From: Eledone cirrhosa
Taxonomy: Eukaryota
Length of the DNA: 64,000 bases
Assembly: GCA_964016885.1 (NCBI GenBank)
Contig: OZ024740.1
Span: 386,756,001 to 386,820,000 of the forward strand
Direction of reading: 5' to 3'
Part shown: positions 13,604 through 25,164 of the stretch, piece after piece
Layout: each line of letters begins with the position of its first letter
Numbering within the stretch: position 1 is the first letter of the stretch
Translations under genes and position numbers: made by a program
The notes under the pieces: generated by a model
Seen by the model: only the letters and a program-made list of their open reading frames with translations
What the model was told of the DNA's origin: nothing
Database searches by the model: none

Positions 13604-13751
13604 AATAACCGAAGCTAAATTTTAAACATTTTACTTATTTATTTTATTTTATTTTACATTACTCCGGAGTAACCAAACCAACCTGCACACTTCGTCGTGT
13701 GCTCCAGCCTGCATACTGAGGTGTTGGTATACAACCAACATATACTCAAAA

Positions 13752-13840
<89 letters not shown>

Positions 13841-14189
13841 AGGTGTAAGCATGCATAATCAATGGACCTCATACAAAAGACACCAAATACCCATGAATAA
13901 ATATATATATATTTAGCAGGGAGGGAGTGTTGATAAATACTGGTGTGGTGATGCTATGGTTGCCAGATGGATTTGTTCATTTGTAGAGGTAGGGATTAAG
14001 TGCAAAGATGACGAGTGAGTAGCTTATTGTTGAGTAATGACAAGTGAGTATGGGAAATTTGTCTCATATAGAGAGAATATTATCTAGGTATTTGGCTCTG
14101 ATATCACAGGTCAATCTTTTGGTGGTCTTGTGTGATGACTAAGAAAACCATCATGGGAAAAATATGTTGATGTTTTACTACATATATAT

Positions 14190-14338
14190 ATCAATGATAA
14201 ACATTGATTGCCAAATAAATTAACTATGGAGATATAAAAGATACAGAAGCGAAAACCAACCCAAACCAAACAGTGAGTGTGTTCTGTTATTATTTCTGGC
14301 AATATTATAACAATATGACCCTCCCCAAGTATAACAAT
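14190..14338 (-). repeat. Unclassified dispersed repeat (family C)
   Basis: tattgttatacttggggagggtcatattgtt...ggttttcgcttctgtatcttttatatctcca recurs at 36670-36793(-) and 41718-41868(+); same start motif at 11046(+). Confidence 0.75.
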
Positions 14339-14579
14339 AAATATATATATATAATCTACCGATCAGGTCCAGGTTCATCTTTAACCTATCTGTATTTTTC
14401 ATTATTGTAGTATTAATGTGGCAACATGCCTCTGGTCGCATTATTTATTGTGTTCACTCTGAGGAGCAATTTATAAATTACTTTATCATTGAGTGCATTG
14501 TGACAGTCTCCAAATTCAATCGGATGCAAATCTGCTACTTGCAGCTGCAACTTCGTTTATACTCATTACTATTATATAT

Positions 14580-15232
14580 CACCATCATTTTACGTTCGCT
14601 TTTCCCTGCTTGCAAGGGTGGGACGGGAACTGATTCTGGCTTGATTTCTACAGCTGGATGCCCTTCCTAACACCAATCTCATTTTACAGTGAGTGCTTTT
14701 TTTCCGTGGCGCCTACACGACCACTTTACAGTGGAATGGTAGAGAACCCAGTCCTATCATCTCATTTCTACAGCTGAGTAAACTGGAGCAATGTGAAATA
14801 AAGTGTCTTGCTCAAGGAAACAACACATCACCCGGTCCAAGAATTGAACTCACAACCTTTCGATTGCAAGGCCAATGCTCTAACCACCAAGCCATGTGCC
14901 TCCATCATCATCATTTTACGTCCGCTTTTCCCTGCTTGCAAGGGTAGGATGGGAACTGATTCTGGCTTGATTTCTACAGCTGGATGCCCTTCCTAACACC
15001 AACCTCATTTTACAGTGAGTGTGGGTGCTTTTTTTCTGTGGCACCTCCACGACCACTTTGCAGTGGAATGATAGGACCCCAGTCCTACCATCTCATTTCT
15101 ACAGCTGAGTAAACTAGAGCAATGTGAAAAAAGTGTCTTGTTCAAGGAAACAACACATCACCCGGTCTAAGAACTGAACTCACAACCTTTCGATTGCAAG
15201 GCCAAAGCTCTAACCACTAAGCCATGCGCTTT
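14580..15232 (-). mobile_element. Two tandem SINE family B copies (tRNA head, CORE-like centre, RTE-type tail)
   Basis: Head ggaggcacatggcttagtggttagagc..gagttcaattc; centre tttccttgagcaagacactttatttcacattgctccagtttactcagctgtagaaatg; tail ttggtgttaggaagggcatccagctgtagaaa..(GAT)n. Other copies 16005-16395(-), 34130-34290 partial, 35335-35675(-), 45360-45730(-), 53400-53670(+ partial), 57074-57420(+). Confidence 0.9.
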
Positions 15233-15728
15233 CTCTATATATATATATTTTGTCTCTCACTCTTTTAAGTTGTGAATTAGACTGGTTATCTACGCACGTG
15301 GCTGACACATTTCAGCTCGCTACTATATTGGTATATAATGGATGATCGCATTTAATGTCCGTTAAAGGTTCTTGGCACTACCATTGTTACCATCGCTTTC
15401 CTCTAGACATGGGGCTTGGAGACATGAACCGAATGCTACCATTCTATTTTATATCAATGTGAACTGCTATTTCTAATGGCCATCTTTTCACCCCTTGATA
15501 ATTTGTGTGTGAGACATGTTGGCTGAGAGATTCTGACAGGAACTAATAGATTGATTCTTTTTAGCTTCCCGTCCCCACGTAAAATTTATAAATCAGTGGC
15601 TAGTTGAGAGATAGAGTCCTATCAGTTGCCAGTTAACCGCTTTACCGTGTCGGTTGTCACAAACAGTCATGACCGGCGCGGGCCGGTGTTTGGATTATGT
15701 CGATCGATTGGTTATTGATTAGGCGATA

Positions 15729-15838
15729 CCCGCTGATGAAGCAGCATAAGCCGATTGTGCATTGTTGCATAATATATGCAGACAGATGGTGCAGTGCACC
15801 TTACTGCTGCATTAGTGCTGCAGAAACTCGAGTCCGGG
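15729..15838 (+). ncRNA. Type I hammerhead motif with greatly expanded helix II
   Basis: cccg-CTGATGA-a-gcagca..(~70 nt)..tgctgc-a-GAAA-ctcgag-TC-cggg; GUC cleavage triplet; lies in a ~740 bp element (15250-15987) bounded by (TA)n. Confidence 0.65.
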
Positions 15839-16985
15839 AACCTTATAGGCACCCGATTTACGTGTGTTGTGTTGAGGCAAATAACTATGTATATACTCTG
15901 GTAATGTATCTTACATTGCCCATTGAGTGCGCTGAGATACAACCGGTACTGGCATTGATAAATATGCTGGGTCTGTCAACCCTTATTATATATATATATA
16001 TCATCATTTCATCATTTCATTTTACGTCCGCTTTTCCCTGCTTGCAAGGGTGGGACGGGAACTGATTCTGGCTTGATTTCTACAGCTGGATGCCCTTCCT
16101 AACAACAACCTCATTTACAGTGAGTGCTGGGTGTTTTTTTGCCGTGGCACCTCCACGTCCACTTTATAGTGTGGGCTGGGTGCTTTTTTTTTGCCGTGGC
16201 ACCTCCACGACCACTTTGCAGTGGAATGATAGGGACCCGAGTCCCTATCATCTCATTTCTACAGCTGAGTAAACTGGACCAATGTGAAATAAAGTGTCTT
16301 GCTCAAGGAAACAACACATCACCCAGTCTGAGAATTGAACTCACAACCTTTCGATTGCAAGGCCAATGCTCTAACCACTAAGCCATGTGCCTCCACTATG
16401 TGTATACACACACACACACACATATATATTATAACACCACCAACGGTTTAGTATGTTTTACTATGCTGGAATGGATTGGATGTATCTACCATGCAGCATA
16501 TTATCATTCATCAGTCTTTCGTCATCATATCTTTGTGGCCCAGCATCTTAAAATCTGGCCTCATACCTCCTTCAACCATTCTCTTCCACAGGTCCTCACT
16601 ATCAACAGTCTATCTCTCTTTCACCCACCTCTCATTGTCCATTCACAGCATATAAGAACAGAGTCAAAGCCATTACTCCTGTCTATACTGACTAAGCAAT
16701 TCAACAGCAGAAAAATAACAAACCAGCAGACAGGCTAATCAAACTAATCAATTCCTTGATCACATCAAGAAAAGAGCCTCTATGTGGTCTCTGAACTTCC
16801 TAGAAATAGCAACAAAATTTACTGTATTTTTTCTCTCCAGACCTAGATATGGATTTGTTCATTTGCTACTTGCTTATAGCAAATTAAACGTGTACACACG
16901 TGTTCTAACCTGAATGATTTGGTAGTAATTTGAAGCAATAAATTGAAATTTACACCATTTTAAAAACAACTACCCTTAAAGCAAT

Positions 16986-17240
16986 GTGTGTTCTGTCAAA
17001 ACTGAAGTAAGAATCAACATCAAATTTATGGTAAAACTTGGTTGGGAGAAAAAGGACGATATTGAAGCTGTTTATGGAAATACTTCCCTTCAAAAATCAG
17101 CAATTTACAAATGGATAACTTGTTTCAAAGGAGGACGAGATGGAGTTGAAGATGGAGACCAGCAATTAACAACAGAAAAAATAGCTTACATCCTAGACAT
17201 CTCAGTTGATTCAGTTTACCCAATTTCAAATGATAAATAA
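16986..17240 (+). mobile_element. Mariner (irritans/Hsmar2-like) transposase N-terminal remnant
   Basis: KTEVRINIKFMVKLGW..VYGNTSLQKSAIYKWITCFKGGRDGVED..LTTEKIAYILDISVDSVY aligns with the recalled Hsmar2-type N-terminus, with internal deletions. Confidence 0.8.
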
Positions 17241-18600
17241 AACAAAGTGAGGCTTCATATTAAGTTCTTTAATGATTATACATAGTTATGACTGTTTCCC
17301 AGATGGGTGGTTCAGGATATATATATGTGTGTGTGTGTGGCTTAGTGGTTAGAGCGTTGGGCTTATAATCGTGAGGTTGTGAGTTTGATTCTCGGACCAG
17401 GCTTTGCATTGTGTCCTTGAGCAAAACACTATTTCACACTGCCCCAGTTTACTAAGCTGTAGAAATGAGTTGTGACGTTACTGGTGTCAAGTTGTATCAG
17501 CCATTGCCTTTCCCTTGGACAACATCAGTGGCATAGAGAGGAGAGACTGATATGCATGGGCGACTGCTGGTCTTCCACAAACAACCATGCCTGAACTTCT
17601 GCCTCGGAGGGGAACTTTCTAGATCAAATCCCATGGTCATATATATATATAGTGTCAAGAGTTTCCGATGATTAGATAAAGTGCTCTATGTTAAGTACAG
17701 AGCTAAAGTATATTATAATGAATAATTTCTCAACACAGTTACAAGCTACCTAAGGTTTCAAAACTTACTCTAAAGTAGGTCATAGAGACGCTATATCTGC
17801 TAGCATTGCTTATCTTTCAGGCAATACCAAGATGGTCACATGACCAATCGGGCCTCTTAACATCTAACACATGTAAGCATAGAAAGTAGATGTTAAACAG
17901 TGATGATGATGATATATATATGTATGACAGGCTCTTCAAGTTTCAGTCTACCTAATTCACTCACAAGATACTGGCCAGCTAGAGGTATAGTAGTAGACAC
18001 TGATTTAAGGTGCCACATGATGTGATCGAAACTTCTTAACCAAACAACCATGTCTGTGCCTACACACACACACCATCATCATCATGAACACAGCAATCAA
18101 AGTGATAATGATAATTATGCAGTTGAACCTTCATTGCTTCCGACAAAAAAAATGTTCCAATTGTTTGAACAACAGAACTGCCTGCTACTGAAATTAACAT
18201 GCAAGTGGATAAGCATTCCACAGGTGTGAACCCTTAGTGTACTTCTCGGGGATTTCTGCATAACACAATGTGGGACAAAGTCGACCCTTTGAATTACAGG
18301 TACAACTCATTTTGGGGATCTGAGTGAACTGAAGAATCATGAAATAAAGTTTCTTTCGAATGGACACAATGGACAGGCTGGAAAAGAACGTATGACCTTT
18401 TGGTCATGAGCAACACATCCTAACAATTAATCTGTGTGCTTTCACAATCAATGATGACGAGGTAGACAATAATGATAAGCATGCTGATGACAGACATTAA
18501 GATAATGATGATCACAACACATAGCATATATGATTATAATGACAACAACAACAACACTGGTATCAACAGCATCAGAACAATGAAATACAACAAGCCTTAC

Positions 18601-18921
18601 CTGCACTATGGTGATAATATGACAGGGGTTAAGTATCCAGATCATTTGCTGGGTAGCCAACTTAAAACCTAGTTCAATGCCAAATACTAAGCAATGTGTG
18701 ATGAGCAAAAATCTTTTCGTTATTGAAGTTCGTTCGATCCATTTTGGAAACCGTTTTGGTATGACAATACTTTTATATCCGCGAGTTATAAACTTTATGG
18801 AAATCACCATTGCAAAAATACTTTCCACGACACGCTGAAATCCACTGAGGAATTTCAGACAATCACGACCCCCATTTCCAGGGATATTATAGTCCACGCC
18901 TGCGTAGGTCCAGTCTAACAT
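18601..18921 (-). CDS. TMEM164: First coding exon of transmembrane protein 164 (107 codons, ends in phase 0); whole exon 18601-18952
   Basis: Translation MLDWTYAGVDYNIPGNGGRDCLKFLSGFQRVVES...LLITHCLVFGIELGFKLATQQMIWILNPCHIITIVQ matches the recalled TMEM164 N-terminus ([49 protein letters not shown]). Acceptor ttttttctcttcttctttag|G at 18953/18952; donor CAG|gtaagg at 18601/18600. The supplied ORF runs on into intron. Confidence 0.95.
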
Positions 18922-21231
18922 GATGAAACTATTAAATAAACTTCTTAAATGCCTAAAGAAGAAGAGAAAAAAATGGTAAGAAATATATAATCATCATGAT
19001 TTAAATTTTAATATTAGGATTATTATTGTCATCAACATTATGTTTTCAAGTGGATTCATGTGAGGAAAGAAATTATTATTATTACTTAGAAAAAAAAGGA
19101 AAATTAGAAAAAAATAAAAGAAATGATTATTATTATTTAGCTTAGCAGTGGATTGGCAGTATCGGTAGAGCGTCAGACACCATGCTCTGCAGCATAGAGA
19201 TATGGCCCTTATAGGGTTGATAAAATAAAGCACCAATAATGCACTGGAGTAATTGCTGGCCTTGTGCCAAAAGTAGAAACAATTATTTAGCTTTGCCTTT
19301 CATCCTTACAGGGCGGATAAAATAATGTACCAGTCATGCACTGGGGTCGATTTAATTGACTTTCCCCTCCACCCAAAATTGTTGGCCTTGTACCTAAATC
19401 AGAAATCATTACTATTATTATTATAATTAGGGCAGTGGATTGGCAGTATCTGGAGAGTGTCTGATAACATGCTTAGCGGCATAGTGTTACGGCCCTTTAT
19501 GTTCTGAATTCAAATCCCACCGAGGTTAGCTTTGCCTTTCATCCTTATGGGGTCAATGATATAGAGTACCAGTAATGTACTGGGGAATTTAATCGACTAT
19601 CCCCCCTTCAAATTGCTGGCCTTGTGCCTAAAGTAGAAACAATTATCATTATTATTATTAAAGTTGGTAGGTAAGTAGTTACAATCATTTACATTTAGAG
19701 TTCAGCTTCTGCTGTAACTGATTGAGTTTCATCCCCCTGAGGTCAGAAAAAAGTATCAGTAATCTACTAGGGTTAATTTGATTAATTATACTCAGCCCCT
19801 ACAAATTTAGAGGCTTGTTCTAAAGTTGGAAATGATTTCTGCTGAATTAGAGTAGCAGTTCAGTTAAGGTGCTTGTGGTCTGGCTCAGACCAGATATCCA
19901 GATAGATAAAAACTTGGAAGCAGTCGTGAACAGGGTGGCCACTCTAACTTAGAAATAGGCTGGAAGTAAACCATCCTTGAAAATTCAGCTGGAAGTAGTT
20001 AATGTTTGTATCATTTAAGTGGTTTACTATCATCTGACCATGATGCCTTGCCCTAGAAAATATCTGACCAAATTGAAGCATATGCTCTTTTGCTTTTTGT
20101 GGAAAGAACAGACTCCACTGGTTATAGAGAGCATCTGTAACCAATTCTCACTACAAAGTGTTCTTAGCATGTTGTGACCTATAGATGGTCCTAGAATGAT
20201 GACAGACACTCACAATACTCTACAAGCTAGACCATATGGTTAATGGAAAATCAACCCTCACATCCTATAGAGGCTCAGTGGAGAGCATGAGCAATGATGA
20301 CCCTGGGAACGATTCTGGACATTGACAAAAACAGTCTGAGCAGTAACCTCTGGATGACTTTCAAGTTGGAGATTATGGACAATTTCCAAAGCTCCTTGGC
20401 TTAGCAATACTAGATGAATGGTGGGTGGATGGTGAAGAATTTGCCTGTTAGAAATAAATTCTACAGGCATAAGTTGAAACAATAGCTAGAATACAACTAG
20501 TGGTCAAAGTAATTTTTGTAAATTGAAGTGGTAGCTCTCACAGCAGAATGTTCCAATAGAAGCAAATGAGTAAAGCATACATCGTTCTAAATTCTGAAAT
20601 TAAAATAGCAATTTTGCATTAAGACTTATTGGAGAAATCACATCCTGAAGATGATGTACACCAAAGTAAAAAAAAATCTGAAACCGAAATTAGAAAATGG
20701 CTAAGAATGGTGATTCAGTTTGACTGATTAACATGTCATCTAGAAACAAGACACGAATTTTAAAAGCCAAAAGTAGAGACATTTACTAACCTATGTATCT
20801 TTTTAATGATATATAGCATGTTTCCATTCTAGATACAGGTTTATGTATAAATGAATGTTTGAGAAAAGCCTTATTCTTGTAAATTTACAGCAGAAGTTAG
20901 TCTGCGCAAGATTTTTCAAAATGATAGTTTGTTCTAAATTCAAGTATTGAAATAAAACTAGCCAGAAATACAAATATATGAATTAGTTTTACACATACAC
21001 ATAAATATATAAAGAAAAAGAAATAAAATTGTGTGATGCTGGTACATGATGACCCTGTGCATACACAGGCAAAGCTCTAGAGTAACAGGACTTTAACTTG
21101 ACTTAATATATACCATCATCACCATCACCATGCCTATGATTGACAGTTGGTATTTGACCCCAAGACACATCTAGTCAAACATACTTAATATCAGGGACAA
21201 TCTGGCCATGGTTATTCTATCTTAATATTAG

Positions 21232-22516
21232 AAGCATGGCCTAGAATCAAAAGGCCTTAAAGTTAACTTGTCTAAGACTAAAGTTCTAGTATGTAGAAAG
21301 GAAAATAGGGCACAGGTGCCCTCTGGGAAATGGCCATGCTCAGTGTGTAGGAAAGGAGTAGGTAGAAATTCCATTCTATGCCCAAAATGCAAACTATGAG
21401 TTCATAAAAGATGTAGTGGCATCACAGGCAATCTATCTAAGAATGTAGATTTTATATGTGGCCGATGCTCAGGTGCAATAAGTAGTAAGTGCCCACCAGA
21501 TACTAGCTCCTTCTACTGTCCAGATGGTTCTATAGAAATAGTGGACACTTTCCGTTACCTGGGTGACAAAATCAGCAGTGGTGGAGGGTGCTCTGAAAGT
21601 ACAGTAGCCAGAGTCAGAACGGGATGGAAAAAGTTCAGAGAGCTAATACCGCTGTTGGCCACAAAAGGTTTCTCTCTAAAAATGAAAGGCAGATTGTATG
21701 ATGCTTGTATACAAGCAGCAATGTTACATGGCAGTGAGACATGGGCATTGTGTGCAAAGGACCTGTGCAGATTGGAAAGGGATGAAGCATGCATGCCCCG
21801 TTGGATATGTAAAAGTAATATACATGAACGGCAAAACATAAACGAACTAAGTGAGTAATTAGGAATAAGAGAGATCAGATGCTGTTTACTTGAAAGAAGA
21901 TTATGTTGGTATGGTCATATGATGCACATGAAAGACAACAACTGTATAAAAAAGTGCAGGGCGATCAAAATTGATGGAAGTTACGGAGTAGGTAGACCCA
22001 GAAAATCTGAGACGACATGATAAAATCCGACCCTGCACATTAACACCTCTCCAAGTCAATGTCACTGGATTGAGATCTTTGGCGCCACGCAGTAATACAG
22101 AAGACCCGCCTTCCATATGTGCAAAATTAACCTACAGTCAGTAGACCCCCTCCTAAACCAAATATACACCCCAACCCACTACCCCTACTCCATGCTCCCA
22201 CTCCCGCCAACACCACCCTTTCTCTGTAAAGTTATGTTGGTACCACAACATCCAGTCCAAACTAATGAGATTGTGCAGGTGTCACGACAAAAAACACAGT
22301 CCATGTTGTAATGTGGCCATGTAGGTAACATAGTCAAAAGGCTCCCAGTCCACACTGTAAATGTGGTTGGTGTTAGGAAGGGCATCCAGCCGTAAAAAAC
22401 CTGCCAGTACACGAGCGAGACACGGTCACCTAATCAATCTTGCCTCAAGTGGGATTCCCGTCTAATGCATGCTAGTGTGGAAGATAGACTTAAACGTTGA
22501 TGATGATGATGATGAT
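21232..22516 (+). mobile_element. Older 5'-truncated RTE LINE copy with stops and frameshifts
   Basis: GLESKGLKVNLSKTKVL, WPCSVCRKGVGRNSILCPKC, then the same C-terminal region as 826-2040; in-frame stops; (GAT)n tail. Confidence 0.9.
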
Positions 22517-24915
22517 ATCCAAGATTGCATTATAGAATGAGCACTTAATTTTTTTAGGAGGGTAGTGTAAGCTTTCAGGGAGATTTGATTGCTATTTCTA
22601 GCTGGCTGAGTGTGACCACATAGAGGATTCCCACATTTTCTTGATGGTAGTCACCAAAGTATGTTACTTCCTCAAAAATAAACTTAAAAAAAAAAAAATA
22701 AAAAATAAAAAATAAAAATAAAAATAAATAAAATCAAGAGTCTTGGAACACATTCTAATATCTAATATTATTTTTAGAATATGAGTCAAGATGTTGGTTA
22801 AGACATCTGAGCCAACTTCCTGACTCCTGTTTCTGCTATCAATCTCTTTACTGGAATATACAGACAGGTGGGTTAACTCTTTTAATACCATACTTTTATG
22901 CTTCTGGAGAAAACTACTGCATATCATTTTTTAAATAATCCAGAATTTAGAGGGATTTGGGGCAAGGCCAGTAATTATCTCAGTGTATTACTGGTGCTTT
23001 ATTTTTTTCGACCCTGTAAGGATGAAAGGCAAAGTTAACCATAGCGGGATTTGAACTCAGAACGTAAAGGGTCATAACTCTATGTTGCAAAGCATGGTGT
23101 CTGATGCTCTACTGATACTGCCAATCCACTACCCTGTGCATAAAATTATAATGAAAAGTTTTTAGATAAATAGAAACACTTTTAGATAAATAACCTTGTA
23201 TCATAGAACTAGGGGTGGTTTGGTATCAAAAAGGTCAAGCAACAGGCCTTGAATGAACTAGTGACAAGAAGGTGTCAAATACATCACTTAGCTAATATTT
23301 CTATTGCTGTGCTTACACAGCAATGGAACATGTAATACGAGAGCAAGTGAATGATTAGTATTTGCTTGGGACATAAACAACCTGAATATTGATATTTACT
23401 TTTAATGGTTTACAGTGCTAAAATTGATTTATCTCACTATGATATAAAAATAATATTGATTTCTAACATTTTGAAAGAAGGTAAAGTTATTTAAAAATAG
23501 ATTCTGCTACTTTGATCAGTAAGGGAAAAATGAAAGACCAAGTTGACCCTAGCAAGATTTGAGCTCAGAATGTTAAAAAATGTAACTCAATAAATACTGT
23601 AATGCATTTTGTCTAATGTTTTATTGGTTCTTTCATTTCATAAGAGTAATGTTGCTTCACAACCAATTCTAATAATGATATGAATGGTTCTTCACCCTTT
23701 GAGCTTTTCAAGTTAAGATTAAAAAAGGTCTGTCCCAAACTCAGAAGTTCATATGGCCAGTGCTTATCCCAGTTTCATTAACATTTAACATTTAAATGCC
23801 TGAAGGTAGAAGATTCTCTCTCTGAACAGGACACCAGTCCCTTGCAGGGTTAACCCCCAGCTGCTACTGGTACCCATTTCAGTTATTATTTATTTTTATT
23901 AGCTTTTACATCCACTTTTCGATACTGGCAGTGGTTGGGTGAGACTTTTTTGCAGTAGCTTTTCAAAAGATCTATCCCAACACAAAAATGTAGACTAGCT
24001 TTGGCAAGAAGGAAAAAAATACTAGATGATGAAATCACAATAATATATGGCAAAATAGATGACAGACTAAAGTAAAATAAAATAAGATAAATGAATAAAC
24101 TAATAAAGGATAAATAATAAAAAAAAGTGAAAATAAATAAATAAAAGAGAAAGTGTATTCTCTATAGTTTCATTAGCTACATTTCAAAAACATGGCATTC
24201 TTCTTGAAGGCCAGAAAATACTTCAGCATCAATAACCATCTACAAATCTCAAGGGAGATCTACAATGGATTACTCCTCCCACATATGGAATGGTGCTGCT
24301 GCTGCACATTCTGACATACTAGACTACACCCAGAGAACAGCAACTTAATTGGCTCAGAGCAGTTGCTCACTAACACACTGCAGCCCACAGTCATGCTGCC
24401 ACTTCTCCCTCCAGCCTTGCTTTCTCTTTCTCCCTCTGTCTTTTGTACCACTACTAGAGAAGCCTCTGTCTCTCAGAGCTGGTTGGCTTGTTTTACACCA
24501 CTTCCACTCAAACACTGACACATTCATCTTTTCTTCTCCCATCATCCATATTGTGTCTACTCCCTAACCAAACCCAAGCTACTATGCTAACTACAACGAC
24601 CAGTCCTACTTCTTCTGAACACTGGCTCTCAGGAATTCCTTTCCTGTACAATGGTTTTGCTGCAGCTGATTGACAGGAACATCAATCATGTTAATTTCAC
24701 TGGTCTCGGAAGGCTTGCAAAAACCACAGACACAGCCCTTCCCACCAAATCAATATCTCCATTGAGAAAAAGGGTTTGCTATAATCTAGTTTACACGTTT
24801 TTCTTTTTTTTTTCTTTAACTCTTTTTAATAATAGATATTGCATATAATTTTCAAATAATTTTGAAAATAATCAAGAATTTGGACTTAGTAATATAACCA
24901 ATTTTCTTTTATTAA

Positions 24916-25164
24916 CCCTTTCATTATTGTATTTTCAATGAAACAAACTGCCGATGTGTTTCAATTAATTTTGAAAATAAACAAATATTTGGAGAAATTT
25001 AATAAAAATAACAAGGTTTTTCATCAGCAAGTTAATATTTAGAAGATTAACGAAAAACTCTAAAATAAAATTATCATAGGTTTTAATATAATGATAGACA
25101 TTTTAGATTGAGTAGTTTTGTGCCATGAATCCAGAGTGGTTTCAGGCAGTTTAGTATCAAAGGG
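24916..25164. mobile_element. piggyBac-like MITE
   Basis: TTAA|cccttt...aaaggg|TTAA; 3' end partly duplicated at ~25170-25308. Confidence 0.65.

Larger units (their letters stand above)
13296..13655. mobile_element. Fold-back Penelope-like terminal-repeat element with two inverted hammerhead motifs
   Basis: Arms ~13296-13436 and ~13517-13655 are reverse complements around an ~80 bp spacer; each arm carries a hammerhead motif. Confidence 0.8.

Noticed and set aside
15296-15410. Minus-strand GAAA-tgtg-TC (possible CpG-decayed GAAACGCGTC)
   Set aside because: No intact CUGANGA or matching helix I partner found.
17740-17795. Minus-strand hammerhead-like string (ctatga..hairpin..GAAA-ccttagg-TA-gct)
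   Set aside because: CUGANGA core broken and helix I offset; at most a decayed relic.
20645-20690. CTGAAGA...GAAA spacing (similar case near 50230-50285)
   Set aside because: No helix II or helix I pairing; chance match.
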